Below, piece by piece: positions 48,801 to 61,490 of a DNA stretch of 64,000 bases (its first letter is position 1; each line of letters opens with the position of its first letter). The translations under genes were made by a program, and so were the position numbers. Source of the stretch: Botryllus schlosseri (taxonomy: Eukaryota); assembly GCA_051294905.1 (NCBI GenBank), contig CM119372.1:12772001-12836000 (forward strand), in the 5' to 3' direction. A model generated the notes under the pieces. That model saw only the letters and a list, made by a program, of their open reading frames with translations. It did not search any database and was not told the origin of the DNA.

Positions 48801-51800
48801 AAATAGATCCGTGAAGAGGTCAAAAAGCAAGATTGACGACTCAAGTTCGGTCAGACGAACTCAAATCCTAGACGCCTATCCATCGGAATCGGCGTTTACT
48901 TATTTAATCGATATTTACAGCAAGCATGCGCGCATCACATGTCTTGTTTATTTACCACACACCGAAAGCCACGTTTGTTTTACGAGATATTCTACCACAT
49001 CGATATACACCCGCCGCGCACCGCGCAGGCACATTATCCGGACCGATATAGAAGCGGCGAAAGCGACACCGTTTCAATACTCGATTGAAACTTCGAGCCC
49101 TCCAAGTCCCACCGGATCGAATTCCAGACGCCGCTTGTTGCGGACACAAGCCCACAATGGTGATTAAACTGATTACGCGCCGTGTGCCGATTTTCTGGCT
49201 ACAACTTGAGCGCGGTTTGTGATTACTACCAACTGCGGCAGAGATGTCTAAACTAGATAATCCCTTGTGGCGGAGCGTTTGCTGGGACAAACAAAGCGTC
49301 TCTGACGACGATGCGCGTGTTTAGTTCGGGATTTACGCCACAAAATAATGACAAACGGCCAACGCCGGCATTTACGGAATTGCTGTGCAACACTATATAG
49401 GTTCGGGCGAGAATGCGTTGTCGAGGCGTTGCTTAATTTGGTATTTTGCGGTTGCAAACGGGACGGACGGGGCGAAAAACAAGATCAACCCGACCCTGCG
49501 AACTGACTATCTTGTAACAGAGAAGCACAAAAACAAAATGCTTCTGAAAACGAGCAATTATCCTCACGAAGAACGAATATATATAGATGACCGCCGAGGC
49601 GATAAGCTAAACAATTTACTAGAAAGGCGGTTACTGTTTTTGCGGTGTCGGGGTGAAAAGGTTTCACGAATTTTGTTATAGGAGAACGCTCGTCATTTTC
49701 AACGAAAGCAAATAAAGCCACGCCGCAGATATTGGGCGCAGTGTGCTTACCCGCACGTGCCGACCGACCGGTACATGTACAACAGGTACACTGTACAGTA
49801 CATTCCTCTCCACCACTGGCGAAACTGAAGCGCACATGGAAACTTTTGACGGAGGCTTTCACAGTAGATGCCGCGAGTGAGTGTAAGCGAAAGACGTGAC
49901 AACGGGGTAACAAACACACATAACCAACTTAAGGCAACGGCTTTCCGATATCTTTAACACTGTCTCGGTTGTCTGACAACTATAACATAAAACGGAAACG
50001 CAGCTTAAGTATTGGCATTGCATCGGCAACAAAAATCCACAACACAATTCCGGCAAAAACTTTTACACTGATTAATTATTTTCTTTAGAATTGAAACGAA
50101 AAGACCTTTTTGTGACGTGATGGTTTTGGTAGTATCAGTCAGCCAAGAACTTTTTCAAACTGTGCTATGTGCAAATATAAATACATTGTACGTGTCGACT
50201 CGAGTCTTCCAGCTGACTGAATGTAAAGATCTTTTGTCGGTACCCTATACTGAAAATCTATAATGTTTATCAGGAACTACAATCCGTTATAATCGTTAGG
50301 CAATTACGTACGAAATGCTTAATGTCAACGTGACTTATATTAAAGATATATTCCTTATCAGCAAGCCACTGGACAAACAGATGGGCGAACCTGAAAACGG
50401 CACGATTCAGTGCCTAGAGTGCATCTAAATCACAAGCATTGCAGCAAACTCTTCGCAGCAAACGAAGCATGCATAGGAAACCCAGGGTCTACGACAGTAA
50501 ATTAGAGGCTCGGTTGCATTTAATCAACTCGCATCAACGTAACACCATCAAGTGTCACGATTTATAAATGCCAAGGCGGCGACTCATGAAATTGAATCAT
50601 CAGCACCCGCGACACATCGATGCAGGTATCTGTATTTCGGTTTGCTCATCATTCTTCGGCTCATCGTAATTTCCAGCCTAATCTCATTCCCATCTGCCTG
50701 TTCAAGCTCGTTATGCGTCGGTAGGGAGAAAATCGAATAATCACTTAACCCATCGTCGAATAAGAAATTCGATGCTCTATCAATGTATGTGTGTACTGTA
50801 TATATGCAAGCAGAAGAAAAGGTATAAGACTGGCCTCACTAGGAAAATAACATTTTTACGTTCACTGGATCAACATTTTTTTATTATCATATCACATAAT
50901 TATTTCGCAAATTCAAACAGTGACACGACTGCGACATAAATGTCTAAGGATTCAACTCAATAGTAATCGAACTACTGACAGGATCGCCATCACGCGGCTA
51001 GTCGGAATATACAACAAGAGGTTTTTCCCCGACCAAAGTTGTGATTGCGAATGTAACAATGTGATTTTTACGATTTTGGTGGACCATTAAACAAGGTAAT
51101 CTCGAAAGGGAGGAATATATTTCCAGTTCCTAACGGGAGTCGGAAAAATCAACAACGGGAGTCATAAAAATCAACAAACCCACTGCTATTGGCTATAGAA
51201 ATAACCACCGCGGACACAGCTCTGTCTGTTATTTCGGCAATCGTAAAACGACAGGGCGTAAAAAGGAGTGTGTACTCATCATGCAAATCCTCGCTGATAT
51301 TTCACGATGAACCACCATCAAGAGGGACCCGTCAAAATCAAATCACATGTGTATTAACAAATGGTCTGTCCTCCATGCCTATGAAAATGCACGGATCGAC
51401 GGATGTGCGTCAAGATTCCATTGATAATTCCGGGTCTTTGACGAGCCTCGCCAAGCAAACGCAGTCACGCAAACAGAAAGTGCGTGCACGGCAACGAAAG
51501 CGAACATGCATCGGAATTTCTAACCATCTTCAGACGGTGGGCCGTGCTTGTTGGTCGCGGAAAGTTTTTAACATTGCGATGTCAAACACCTGAACACGAT
51601 CACCAAATGTCCTCACAGAGGTAATCGACGCCAAACGGCAGGCGTAATATATTTGCCATCTCCATTTCGTAGTTAAATAAACAACAAAGAACGTTGCAAC
51701 CTGTAGTGAAAGCAAATGTCAGAGATCGCGAATGAACATGGGTGGGTACGAAATACTACCCGCTAATCACCCGACCTCCGAGTCTTGGGTCACAGGCAAC

Positions 51801-54800
51801 GTAGAAAAAGTTGATCTGCGATACAACACAGGTGCGTGTCGAGTGGGTCTCTCGTAACACAAGGCGTTTTTCCATCAGTTTCGGAGGGTTGCATATCTTG
51901 CAACCAAAAAATTAGGTGGGTAAGCAATACAGCATATGTGCTGGCCGCTGGCGCGTTAGAAGTCGATTTTTGTACCATTGCAGCACCGTATGCTCTATCT
52001 CGTACTTGTCAAGTACATATCCTTACGGATGTAAAGGTCGCCCGGAGTTCCCCTCGCATATAGGCCGTAAGGGCGTGAAAATGCCGTAGCGCCTAATTTC
52101 TCATTATGCATGTCAATTAAAATTCAAGCCGATCCTATGATTCCTATCTACCTGGAACGCCATGTGGTATTATAAATCCATCAACAAATGCCGATACGTT
52201 TCACAAAATGGCGCGCGTCCGTACACGAAAAATTCCTGTAACGAGCGGCAGACTATCTCACTTCGTCGTGTTCAAACACTCACAAAATTCGCGAAGAGTA
52301 TAGATGAGAGGACAGAATTAGTATCCAATTATGTGAAAAATAAATTTAAAATCGTTCACATACGTTAAGCGGGAGAGCTTTAATTCGCGATTGGGCCAGT
52401 GAAAATCTTGTAACGAAATTTGCAGAATCAGCATGTGTCGATCCGTGCCGGAAAATGATATAACACTATAACTTATGCGCACAAAAGTTGATTTCAGGTT
52501 CTGCGACAAAATGCTGCCAACAGCCTAGAAACATACGAAGCGATCAAAGAGTGAAAACGCTGTATTTATCGTAATTTAGCAACGGATCAATTATTTCGAA
52601 GAAAAAGGTGCTTCATAATTGGATTATTAGCGCAACCCAGTATTAAAAATCACATTTTCGAGCCGAGAAGTAGGTTATTGATTGATACATCATAATCATC
52701 GGGCCTCCCAGAGAAACATAAAGAATAAAACGCAAGGCTGTAATTATACATCCTATTACTGTTGAAGGGCAAGACCGGTATAATTACACCGCAAGCTACT
52801 GTGAACTAATCAAAGTTCTATTTAAGCATAACTTTAACTATAGCTGGTCATAAACGATAGGGCACTTCCAAAGAACGGCCCAGAATAGAAATTTGCTTGT
52901 GACTCATGGGTAACAATCAAGGGCAACATTGCGTGCTTTTAGTAGCTGGTTCACACCGCCTGCAAAGATAATGAATGTATACCGCGTTGAGTCAGAGATA
53001 TATGGATACCATTTAACGCATTCAAAGAATATTACGGCATCCGACGAGGAAAATCCTTCATTATGGAACAGTACGGGTATTGATGACACAACCTGGATTA
53101 GGGTCGTCGGACTAGGGCAAACTAATTGCGAAATAAGTAAAAAAAAATACACCCCAAACACCGTACGTGCAGACACTAGAGTCTTGCGGTAAGACGGGAA
53201 ACACTGATGAACTCAGTTCGGCTTCCAGAGTAATTTTGTAAACGCCATTACGGGACACTATGATAGTCCGATGGGGGTGGTGGGTTGTTCGATTCCAAAT
53301 CCAAACGATTAGGTATGATACTCGTTTCATTTGACAGTGCGTTTTCCGTAAATCCCCTACACTTACGGTGTGAAGGACGCAATCAGTTATCGCAACTTAA
53401 GTTCAATCGAACGGGTGATAGGTTAATCGTCGATACCGAGCCTTTGATGAAATGCGGTTGGTACTTAATACGACTGGCACACTTCATTAGGAATTGTACC
53501 CACCGCAAGACACTTTCCACCATATGACAGGCGTCATGACTGCAATTATAGTTAATGTGGCAATTCGGAGACAATGCGTCGACAAGGTCGTACTTTGGAG
53601 ATTACTTTGAACAATGAAAACTTAAAAGCATAGATTTGTCAGTTTAAAGACCTCAAAGATTTACTGGCAGCGGTGCCGCGCGGGCCCTAGGCAGTAAGTG
53701 TGGTTGGTAAGTAATTCGAGCGCGAAATTTCGAAAAATAATCGCTGACACGTTGTTATTGCCAGAATGGCGAGAATGAAAAAGGCACGATCGACGGGGTT
53801 TGTAGGGCAGGGGCGTAATCTTTTTGTCAAGAAGACGTGAAATCGACAAAATTTCGAGCTGTTTCGATACACTTGTTGGAGTTAGTACAGAAATGTCCAC
53901 GAAACTACGGCATTTCCGGCATCTGCGTTTTGCCGTGAATCTACGAACTAAATGTAGCAAACTCAATAGCAACAATTCCGTGGGCTTATGACAGAATCAA
54001 TTGCCACTTCTGAGATCAACAGCTTCCAATTCACACATTTGAAGAGCGATGTTACATAAATACCGCGCTAATCCACTTTTGACGAACCGATTGGTTCAAT
54101 CTGAGAGATAACTGTATGTATGCTTGGTATCCTTGACAGCATATCTCAAAGTTTTCGTCACGTGATACAACACGTGATCTTGTTGTGCTGCAAAGACGCG
54201 CCAAGCAATCCAAGCCCAGAAGTGGTGAACAGCGTGTTGGTGTCGACTATGACGAAGAAACGTAAATTGTTGTTTCTGCGTTGACCGTAATTCTATGTGT
54301 ATTTGGAAACCCGCTTATTCCACGGCTGCAGTGGCATCTTTAGTCGGTCGTTTGGAAGAGTTACGGGATCAGATCCCGTGGCGAATTTACCACTATCGAT
54401 AAGATCTCGAGGTTATAGACGGGAATCGCGTTAAGCGAATAGTCCAAATGAGAGGTGCTGCGAGATATATTTACGATTTAAATCGATCATCCTTTGTCCG
54501 CATCATCGACAATCCCATCGAGTTCGGCCGTATCGCGGCAATTTCGGCCAATTTCTGCGATACATAAATCTCAGTAATTCCAAACTCTGTGACAGATAGC
54601 CACATACCCAATTTCCATGGTGTGAATAATTTCAGTGAAATCGAAACAACTGGCGCCTATCGCGACCAGGGATAGCGATTATACAACGGGTTCACAATGC
54701 TATCAGATGCAATATCTTCTAAACGTGAAAATTCCGTCACTTTGCAAAAGCAAATCTTTGCACATTTACAGAAAACAAGTGCAGTGAACTTTCGGCTATG

Positions 54801-55457
54801 GGTATATCATATTATGCGCGAAGGAAAAATCGCGAAGCTTCGCGACTACGGTTTGGCCAGTTTTTTCCTTGTGGGTGTCGTCGTAATTGGACAATTTCAG
54901 TTGCGTGAATGGAGCCGGTTATTTGTCGTCAAGCACAGTTAACCGGCCTTGTGCAGCGATTTGTCATCGGCGATTTTAAGATCACTTGCTATCTTGCGTT
55001 ACAGCTAATAAGTCATTTGGTATTGCGGGATACTTAACTATTGGAGCACTGTTTTCACAACTGATGTAAATAGACGTGAATCTGTTTATCGCGTGAATTG
55101 ATTCCGTTACCGCCGGATCTTCGTTGCGTGCAGAATAAAGAACTTGCTACAGCGAATTCGATCGAAAACTCAACTTTATGGTTTCTATATCCGTTCAGGC
55201 TCCTCCTGTGGTAATAGAACGCCGAAGGGATCTTACGCAAAGCGTATGCTATAATTAGCCATTTTTCGAACCATTACGATGCCCCACAATGCATTTAAAA
55301 TTCAATTCTGTATTCTCTCATTTTAAGTACAGTATTAGTCAGCACTGAATAATAATAATTATTAATATTGTCTGATGTACCATTTACTATCTCTCTAATT
55401 AGTGCCTCCAACTTCATATTGCTCTGGCTAATATATGCCATAGCTACTGTTATTGAG

Positions 55458-55620
55458 CTGCAACACCGATGGGTTGCGGGTTCGAGTCCGACCGAGGCCG
55501 ACTCCAGAATTCCTATACCTACGTGTTGGAGGTTTATCTAGGCTCCCCCTCGCCCTCTAATCCGCGTAAGCGGTGTCCTATAAAAAGCCTAGACGTGGGC
55601 CGTGCTACAAGTCGGCAGCT
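55458..55620 (+). mobile_element. tRNA-derived SINE family 2 copy
   Basis: B-box GGTTCGAGTCC followed by the family body. Confidence 0.75.
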
Positions 55621-57189
55621 ACGGAGTAAAAAATGAAGAAAATTGGCCTGGTGTAAATTACCAATGACCATAGTAGTCGACAAACACCATGAATACCGCA
55701 CACAGAAACACGGCAGAGCAGCCATCGGTGTCGTGAAGATGGCGCTTAGCACACTGCGCTAGTCGCTTCCCCAATGGGCGTGGGGTAATGAAGCCCGAAA
55801 TCCACAACATCCGAATATAGCGTAGATAATAACCGGGCTAAAACCTTTTGCAATAGCCAACATAGCCCACGTCATGACATCAATATCTGTTTACCACGAA
55901 CCACAACGCAGTCGACAATTTAATTGTCAAGTACGCCATCCACGACAGGGTTTCATAAGTTCCATAAAATGTTTGACATAATAATGTTATCGTTGCGCAT
56001 CGTACATGACTTGAGATTAAAGCAACTGCTTGAGATGAAAGGGATCTTTCGAACGCAGGCGCCGCCTCCAAACTGTAATGAAGTTTGCAATAAACAACGC
56101 AAAACTGCATTAGGTCCCGAATCATGGATCACTTCATGGGAAAATACGAGCCGACCACCAGTTTATCGAATGTGACCGCGGACTGCGCGCATATCCATTA
56201 CGAAAGCGAAAATATTGCAACGCAAACAGAGCCACCCATTTCGACGCTCGGCAACGTTGCTTGAAGTATATATATTCAACCGTATGTGTTGTGATCAAGA
56301 TCGAATGGAGGCTTCGCGGAGCAAACGGCAAGCTCGCGCTGACGTGAGGTGTGGAAGTGGGATGGTCTGGGTGGGAAGGTGATGCCGTGAATTGGTTTGA
56401 TTGATAAAATTGGCAGACGTCGCTGTTACATTAATTATATACGAATTCTTGAACGATACACTCGATGCGGCAGATTTAAAACGAGGTAACATCTTAAGAT
56501 TTTATTGATTCAGTATGAAATAAACCACAATAACAATTGCATGTGAACGGGCTGCAAACCAGACAATTTCATATTCAACAGCATTCAACTCGGTTTCTGG
56601 CGAATATTCGTACTTTGTCGTCTAAATGCATCCAATATAAATCATCGGATTCGACAGTATATTACTGATTCATAGGCAAATACTCAATGCCGCAGTCATC
56701 GAAGAAATGCCAAATATAGATTATCGCTGTCGCTTCCGCGCGAAAAGGTCCCACGGTTAATCAAGGCGAATTTCGCTGTCCACGCGCGCTCTCAGTACAT
56801 TGTCGGATTGAATTCAGCAATCATCGAAATGTAACACCAATCAACACTTAACAGTTACGTTATCGAGCTGATCTCTATGAGCGCGAATGTAGCGCCTTTC
56901 TGCAAAATGCAAAAATTGCTAAAATAGTTACAAGCGATAAGACAAATTGCCGAACAATGCCTACTCAGGAAAAAAATCTCCCACGAAAAAGAACAACTAT
57001 TTGCATCCGCCTGAACTTCAAGCAGCATGCGTAGCGAGATATTCGTGACGATCACCGTTTCCATTTAGTTCATTGTGGTCCACCGCGGTTCTTTGTGTAG
57101 TCAGATCAACCCGAATGCATTTTCAATACTAATGGCGTTTCGAATACGTTGCTCATTTTACACCATGGCGATATTCAGTATTATGAATC

Positions 57190-57362
57190 ATGGGCCGCCG
57201 ACTTTTAGCACTGCCCACTTTTTCTAGGTTTTTATACGACACCGCTTACGCGAATAGGACGGCGAGGGGGAACCGAGATAAACTTCCAACAATTAGAGGA
57301 CCTCAGTCCGACTCGAACCAGCAACCTATTGGTGTTGTAGCTGTGGAATGTACCACTTCACA
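57190..57362 (-). mobile_element. tRNA-derived SINE family 2 copy
   Basis: Reverse complement carries the B-box and family body. Confidence 0.7.
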
Positions 57363-60300
57363 CCATATCTCACCGAATTGCAATACTTTTATTAATAAAT
57401 GACTGGTCTGAACGACACCAATATTACCAGCATTCTATAAGAAAATAATAGGTTTAAAGAAAGAAGGCCAAACGGCGATAACAACAACATCATCAACATG
57501 CTGCTATGTGAATATACTCTCGGCTCTTTATTGAAGAGGCGCGCCTTCAGGGATTGTGGGTGTGTGAGGGACAAATTACATTTAATATCTACCAATTATA
57601 TCTTTTGATATTCAAATGTCTACGTGGCCCAAGTCAGGAGCTCCAAACCCCACATGTGCGTGCGCTATTACTCTCACATGGGATGTGTAATCCTTGTTAC
57701 TAAAATATCAGTGATGCGAATGCGCAAGTGGGCATTAGTATAGCCGGAATAACATATTATGTGTAGTTCCAAGGAAAGGGACACTCCCCGCGAAAGGCTG
57801 TCGAGACACTGAGGTCTGCGCGTTTGGAATCAATTGGCGTTTTGAATTATTATAGCCGCCATAATGGGTCGGTAATTTGCCTCCAACACAATGCAGAAAA
57901 TCGGTACGCACCCGCGCCGGCCATACTTATACATTCCTATGGGTTCTACCGTGTCCATTCTACCGCAAATAAACGTGCAGACGTTGTGCACGATTCCTAG
58001 GATCTGTATACGGGCTGTGAGCATCGGTCAGCAGAATGTGCAAGTGGCAAGATTCAGGTATATATACCTGCACTACATCTGAAGAGTATTCCCTTTCTTG
58101 CATTTCAACATGCCGTAAATATAACCGAAGAATTAAACGGACAGACGCTGCTGATAGGCTACTTTAAAGACCCGGCTCGAAAATACACCGAAACCCATTT
58201 TTTCTATACTCCAACGTGCCGCCAATACCGTTTATTTTACTTGAAGCAAGTAGGACCAAACTATTTTCATCAGAATAAGATAAGAGCGTAGGAGAGGCTT
58301 CCCTATTTTTATGTCGAATACCCCACTTACAAATACCTACCAAGCACCAATAGAATATCGAAAAGATTCGACAGCAACTGTCCAAGATCACCATATAGCT
58401 GCATGACAGAAAATTGAATACGTTGACACCGTGATGCATTTCGATCAGTTATAGTTAATTCAGTTTCGTATGACAAAACATGCGCTACCCGTACTGTTCT
58501 CAGAAATCAATCACACAACTATTTATAATTATAATTTCGTGTTATCAACTATTTCCTTTTGTTCCGAGTGACGATGGCTGCTAATTTTGCATAAATTATC
58601 CCGTCTGGTCGGACCGCAAATGACGTGAAGCGGGACGACAAGCATCCGCAGCGAACCGGTATTCAACGATAAAAATATGCGCCGGCGATGTGTGTGAGGG
58701 GTCGCGAGGCAACCGATGTAAGCCGGCCTCAATTCGCGACGAGTCACGAGACGCTTGGAAGCGAAGTTTTCTTTTGGAAGCGTACGAAAAGTTGTAAGAG
58801 CGAAAGTGCAATTATACGATATAGAAGAGGTTCGGTTATGATTGTAGCGAAAAGTGGTTATCCCCCTGGTCCGAAGCGCTGTCTGCGAAGGATTGCGTGA
58901 GAAGATACCAGGTTTTATGATTTGTAATAAAAGTCAAATGGGATTGATAATGATCGTACATCTTCAATCATTGCAGGGAAGATCGTGCAGAAGCGGCATT
59001 ATCGTGACGACCTTTGCCATCGGCTTAACCGCACACGTCGCGCTTACAAATACAGAGCTATCACAGCAAATTCGCCACAAATTCGCCATTGGTCAGAATC
59101 GATGGATTCCTGGGAATCCGTGAAGCCCAAGACACCTACCTATACGCGCGTCGCAGTCATGCGATAGCTGGGTTACTTTTCAAGTCAAGCGGTGTTGTCT
59201 GTTCAAGATAGACAACATATTCAGGCCCGTGATGGGCGGAGTATCCCGGGTCCGATGAAATGTTAGGCTTAACAAATTGCAGTTTGTACGTTTTGTATCG
59301 GTTTACGGTCTTCGCTTGAAGTGGTGGGGTGTTGAGGCCCAAAAATTCGTCAAAATTCAAATCTATCCGTTTAGGTGCCGAATTAGGTCTTTAATTCGGG
59401 GAGATTATTAAAATTATATAATATGAACTGTATACGCCGTGAATATATTTTCTATACTAGTTCTCGGATATTGCCACAGTTATCCAAACGTGCAGGCTGA
59501 AGACTTCAGCGGCATCGGCAATGATTTGCATTGGTTTTCTGTATCGTCATTTAAAGCATAGTATAGGAATGATGTTAGATGGTAGATATGCAATGGAACA
59601 ATAAAACCGCGAGTATTTTTAGCATTTTGAAGTTATTAGTTGTTCGCTACAAATGTATTATTCCGTCGGCGATAAGTACACCTGTCACAAAAACCTGGAA
59701 TTCCAGACATATCGTCTCAAGTTACTCAGATCATGCTGTCAGTCATCGACACTTACGCAAGTTTACGATGCCAGTATCTCATTTTAATGGCTTCATCGGA
59801 GGCAAGTTAAAGTTTGTTCATAATGACAACGGGATTAAATAATACAAGGAAGTTCAGTTACCCTGATTAGGGGCAAAACTGCATTTCCGAGTTTCGAGAT
59901 GAACTCGGCGTACAGTTTAAGCGATGGTATTGCCCGCATATACCGACACATATAGGTCTTATTTACTAATAATTTAGCAACGAGTGTCATCCTTATTCCG
60001 TGCGATATCACCATAATGATTTGTCTACAAAAAATTATCCCAAATAAATGTTCTCCCTTGCGTGGCTACGTCAATACAGACCTATAGCGGCCAGCACGGC
60101 AGCTCTGCTAGTCTGTTTCGTACTAGATTATTCTACGCGACCCCTTGGTGGCTATTTAATTATGCGTGTTGTCGCAGAACCAAGTCAAGCGAATGCTGCA
60201 TGTCAATCGTATTTATAGCGAGGGTTAATCTATGCGGCAAGTTGCCGAAGATGTTGTTATCTGATATGGTTCATCTCATTTAGATGCGCACCAAATACAA

Positions 60301-60950
60301 TCCCGGATATGTTACATAACGGCTACTTAGCGTCGCGCTCGTGTTTCACCTGCCCGGCGCGATGCAGAGCCGTATACTGTGTATAATTTCGCTCACAAAT
60401 ACATGCTTAATCCACCATCCTTGACCGACTGGCCGAAGGTAAGTTTGCGATGTGTGCAGATTCCCTTTCCGAAGAAGCGGAATGTAATCAGGATTCACCA
60501 ACTTCGACATAGGAGGTTGATCCTCTCGGGATGGGATTCCACGATTGCCGGAATGATTATACAGGGCTATACGCCAAAACTTTCGGAATATGTTTGTCAA
60601 ACTTCAGTGGTGTAAATCGGACCACGCTATGGAAAATATTGCGTGCTTAAATCGGGACAAATGACCAATAACATAAAAAGTGTATTAGTTTTCAGGCTGA
60701 AATATGGTTTCAGTCAGGCTGTAATCAACGCGAGGATTCATAATACAGCCTGATATTAAACGACCAGTGTTGTTGAAACGTGATGATCACTGTAAACAAC
60801 TGTTAGATTCCGGCTCAAACCTATCGGGCGTGGGCCGGATTCGGGCCCAATGAACTCAATTCAATTCCAACTCTGTTGTTGTTGTCGTTTGATATTTAAT
60901 GGTGTTTCGACTACATTGGTCATATTTCACCATGCCGATATTCTTTATTA

Positions 60951-61296
60951 TAGGGTTACCATACGTCCTTTTTTAAGAGAATTTGTTCTCTTTTTTGACT
61001 TTTTGAAAGTGTCGTCGGAGGACGCTAAAATATCCTCTTTTTTGAGATTTTATCCTCTTTTTAGAGAATTTTGGTTAAATATAGGGCAAAATTCGACTGA
61101 GATGCAGTAAATCAACACTAAAGTAACGCTTCGAATGTTATTTCGGGAGCTGAGTCGGAAAGGTGACTTTTTTTTAGTCAACCGACCACGAAGTGCAAAA
61201 AATTTACGATTATTTCAGGATTTTTCTCCGGTATTGCGAGTCTGAAAATTTTGAAAAAGTGTCCTCTTTTCAGACTTCCAAATTATGGTAACCCTA
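60951..61296. mobile_element. hAT MITE, second copy of the TAGGGTTACCATA family
   Basis: Same TIR and collinear interior as 41849-42183; TSD CTTTATTA. Confidence 0.9.
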
Positions 61297-61317
61297 CTTT
61301 ATTATAATTACGTGTTT

Positions 61318-61490
61318 ACCGACTTGTAGTACGGCCCATGACTTCTAGGCTTTTTAAGATACCGCTTACGCGGATCACGTGGCGAGGAGGAGCCTACAAC
61401 ACTTAGGTAGGAATTCTGGAGTCGGCCTTGGTCGGACTCGAACCAGCAAACCATTGGTGTCGCAGCTGTGGAACGTACCACTACGCCCTC
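61318..61490 (-). mobile_element. tRNA-derived SINE family 2 copy (best-preserved head)
   Basis: Reverse complement: GGCGTAGTGG A-box, GGTTCGAGTCC B-box, family body. Confidence 0.78.

Noticed and set aside
48811-51593. Several 100-145 aa ORFs on both strands
   Set aside because: Overlapping, no coherent splice chain or recognisable domain; consistent with chance ORFs.
59157-60600. Minus-strand frames with NPDY/PEY motifs suggesting a receptor tyrosine kinase tail; competing plus-strand mini-exon 60368-60438
   Set aside because: Weak splice sites, both strands equally plausible, and no kinase exons in the window.
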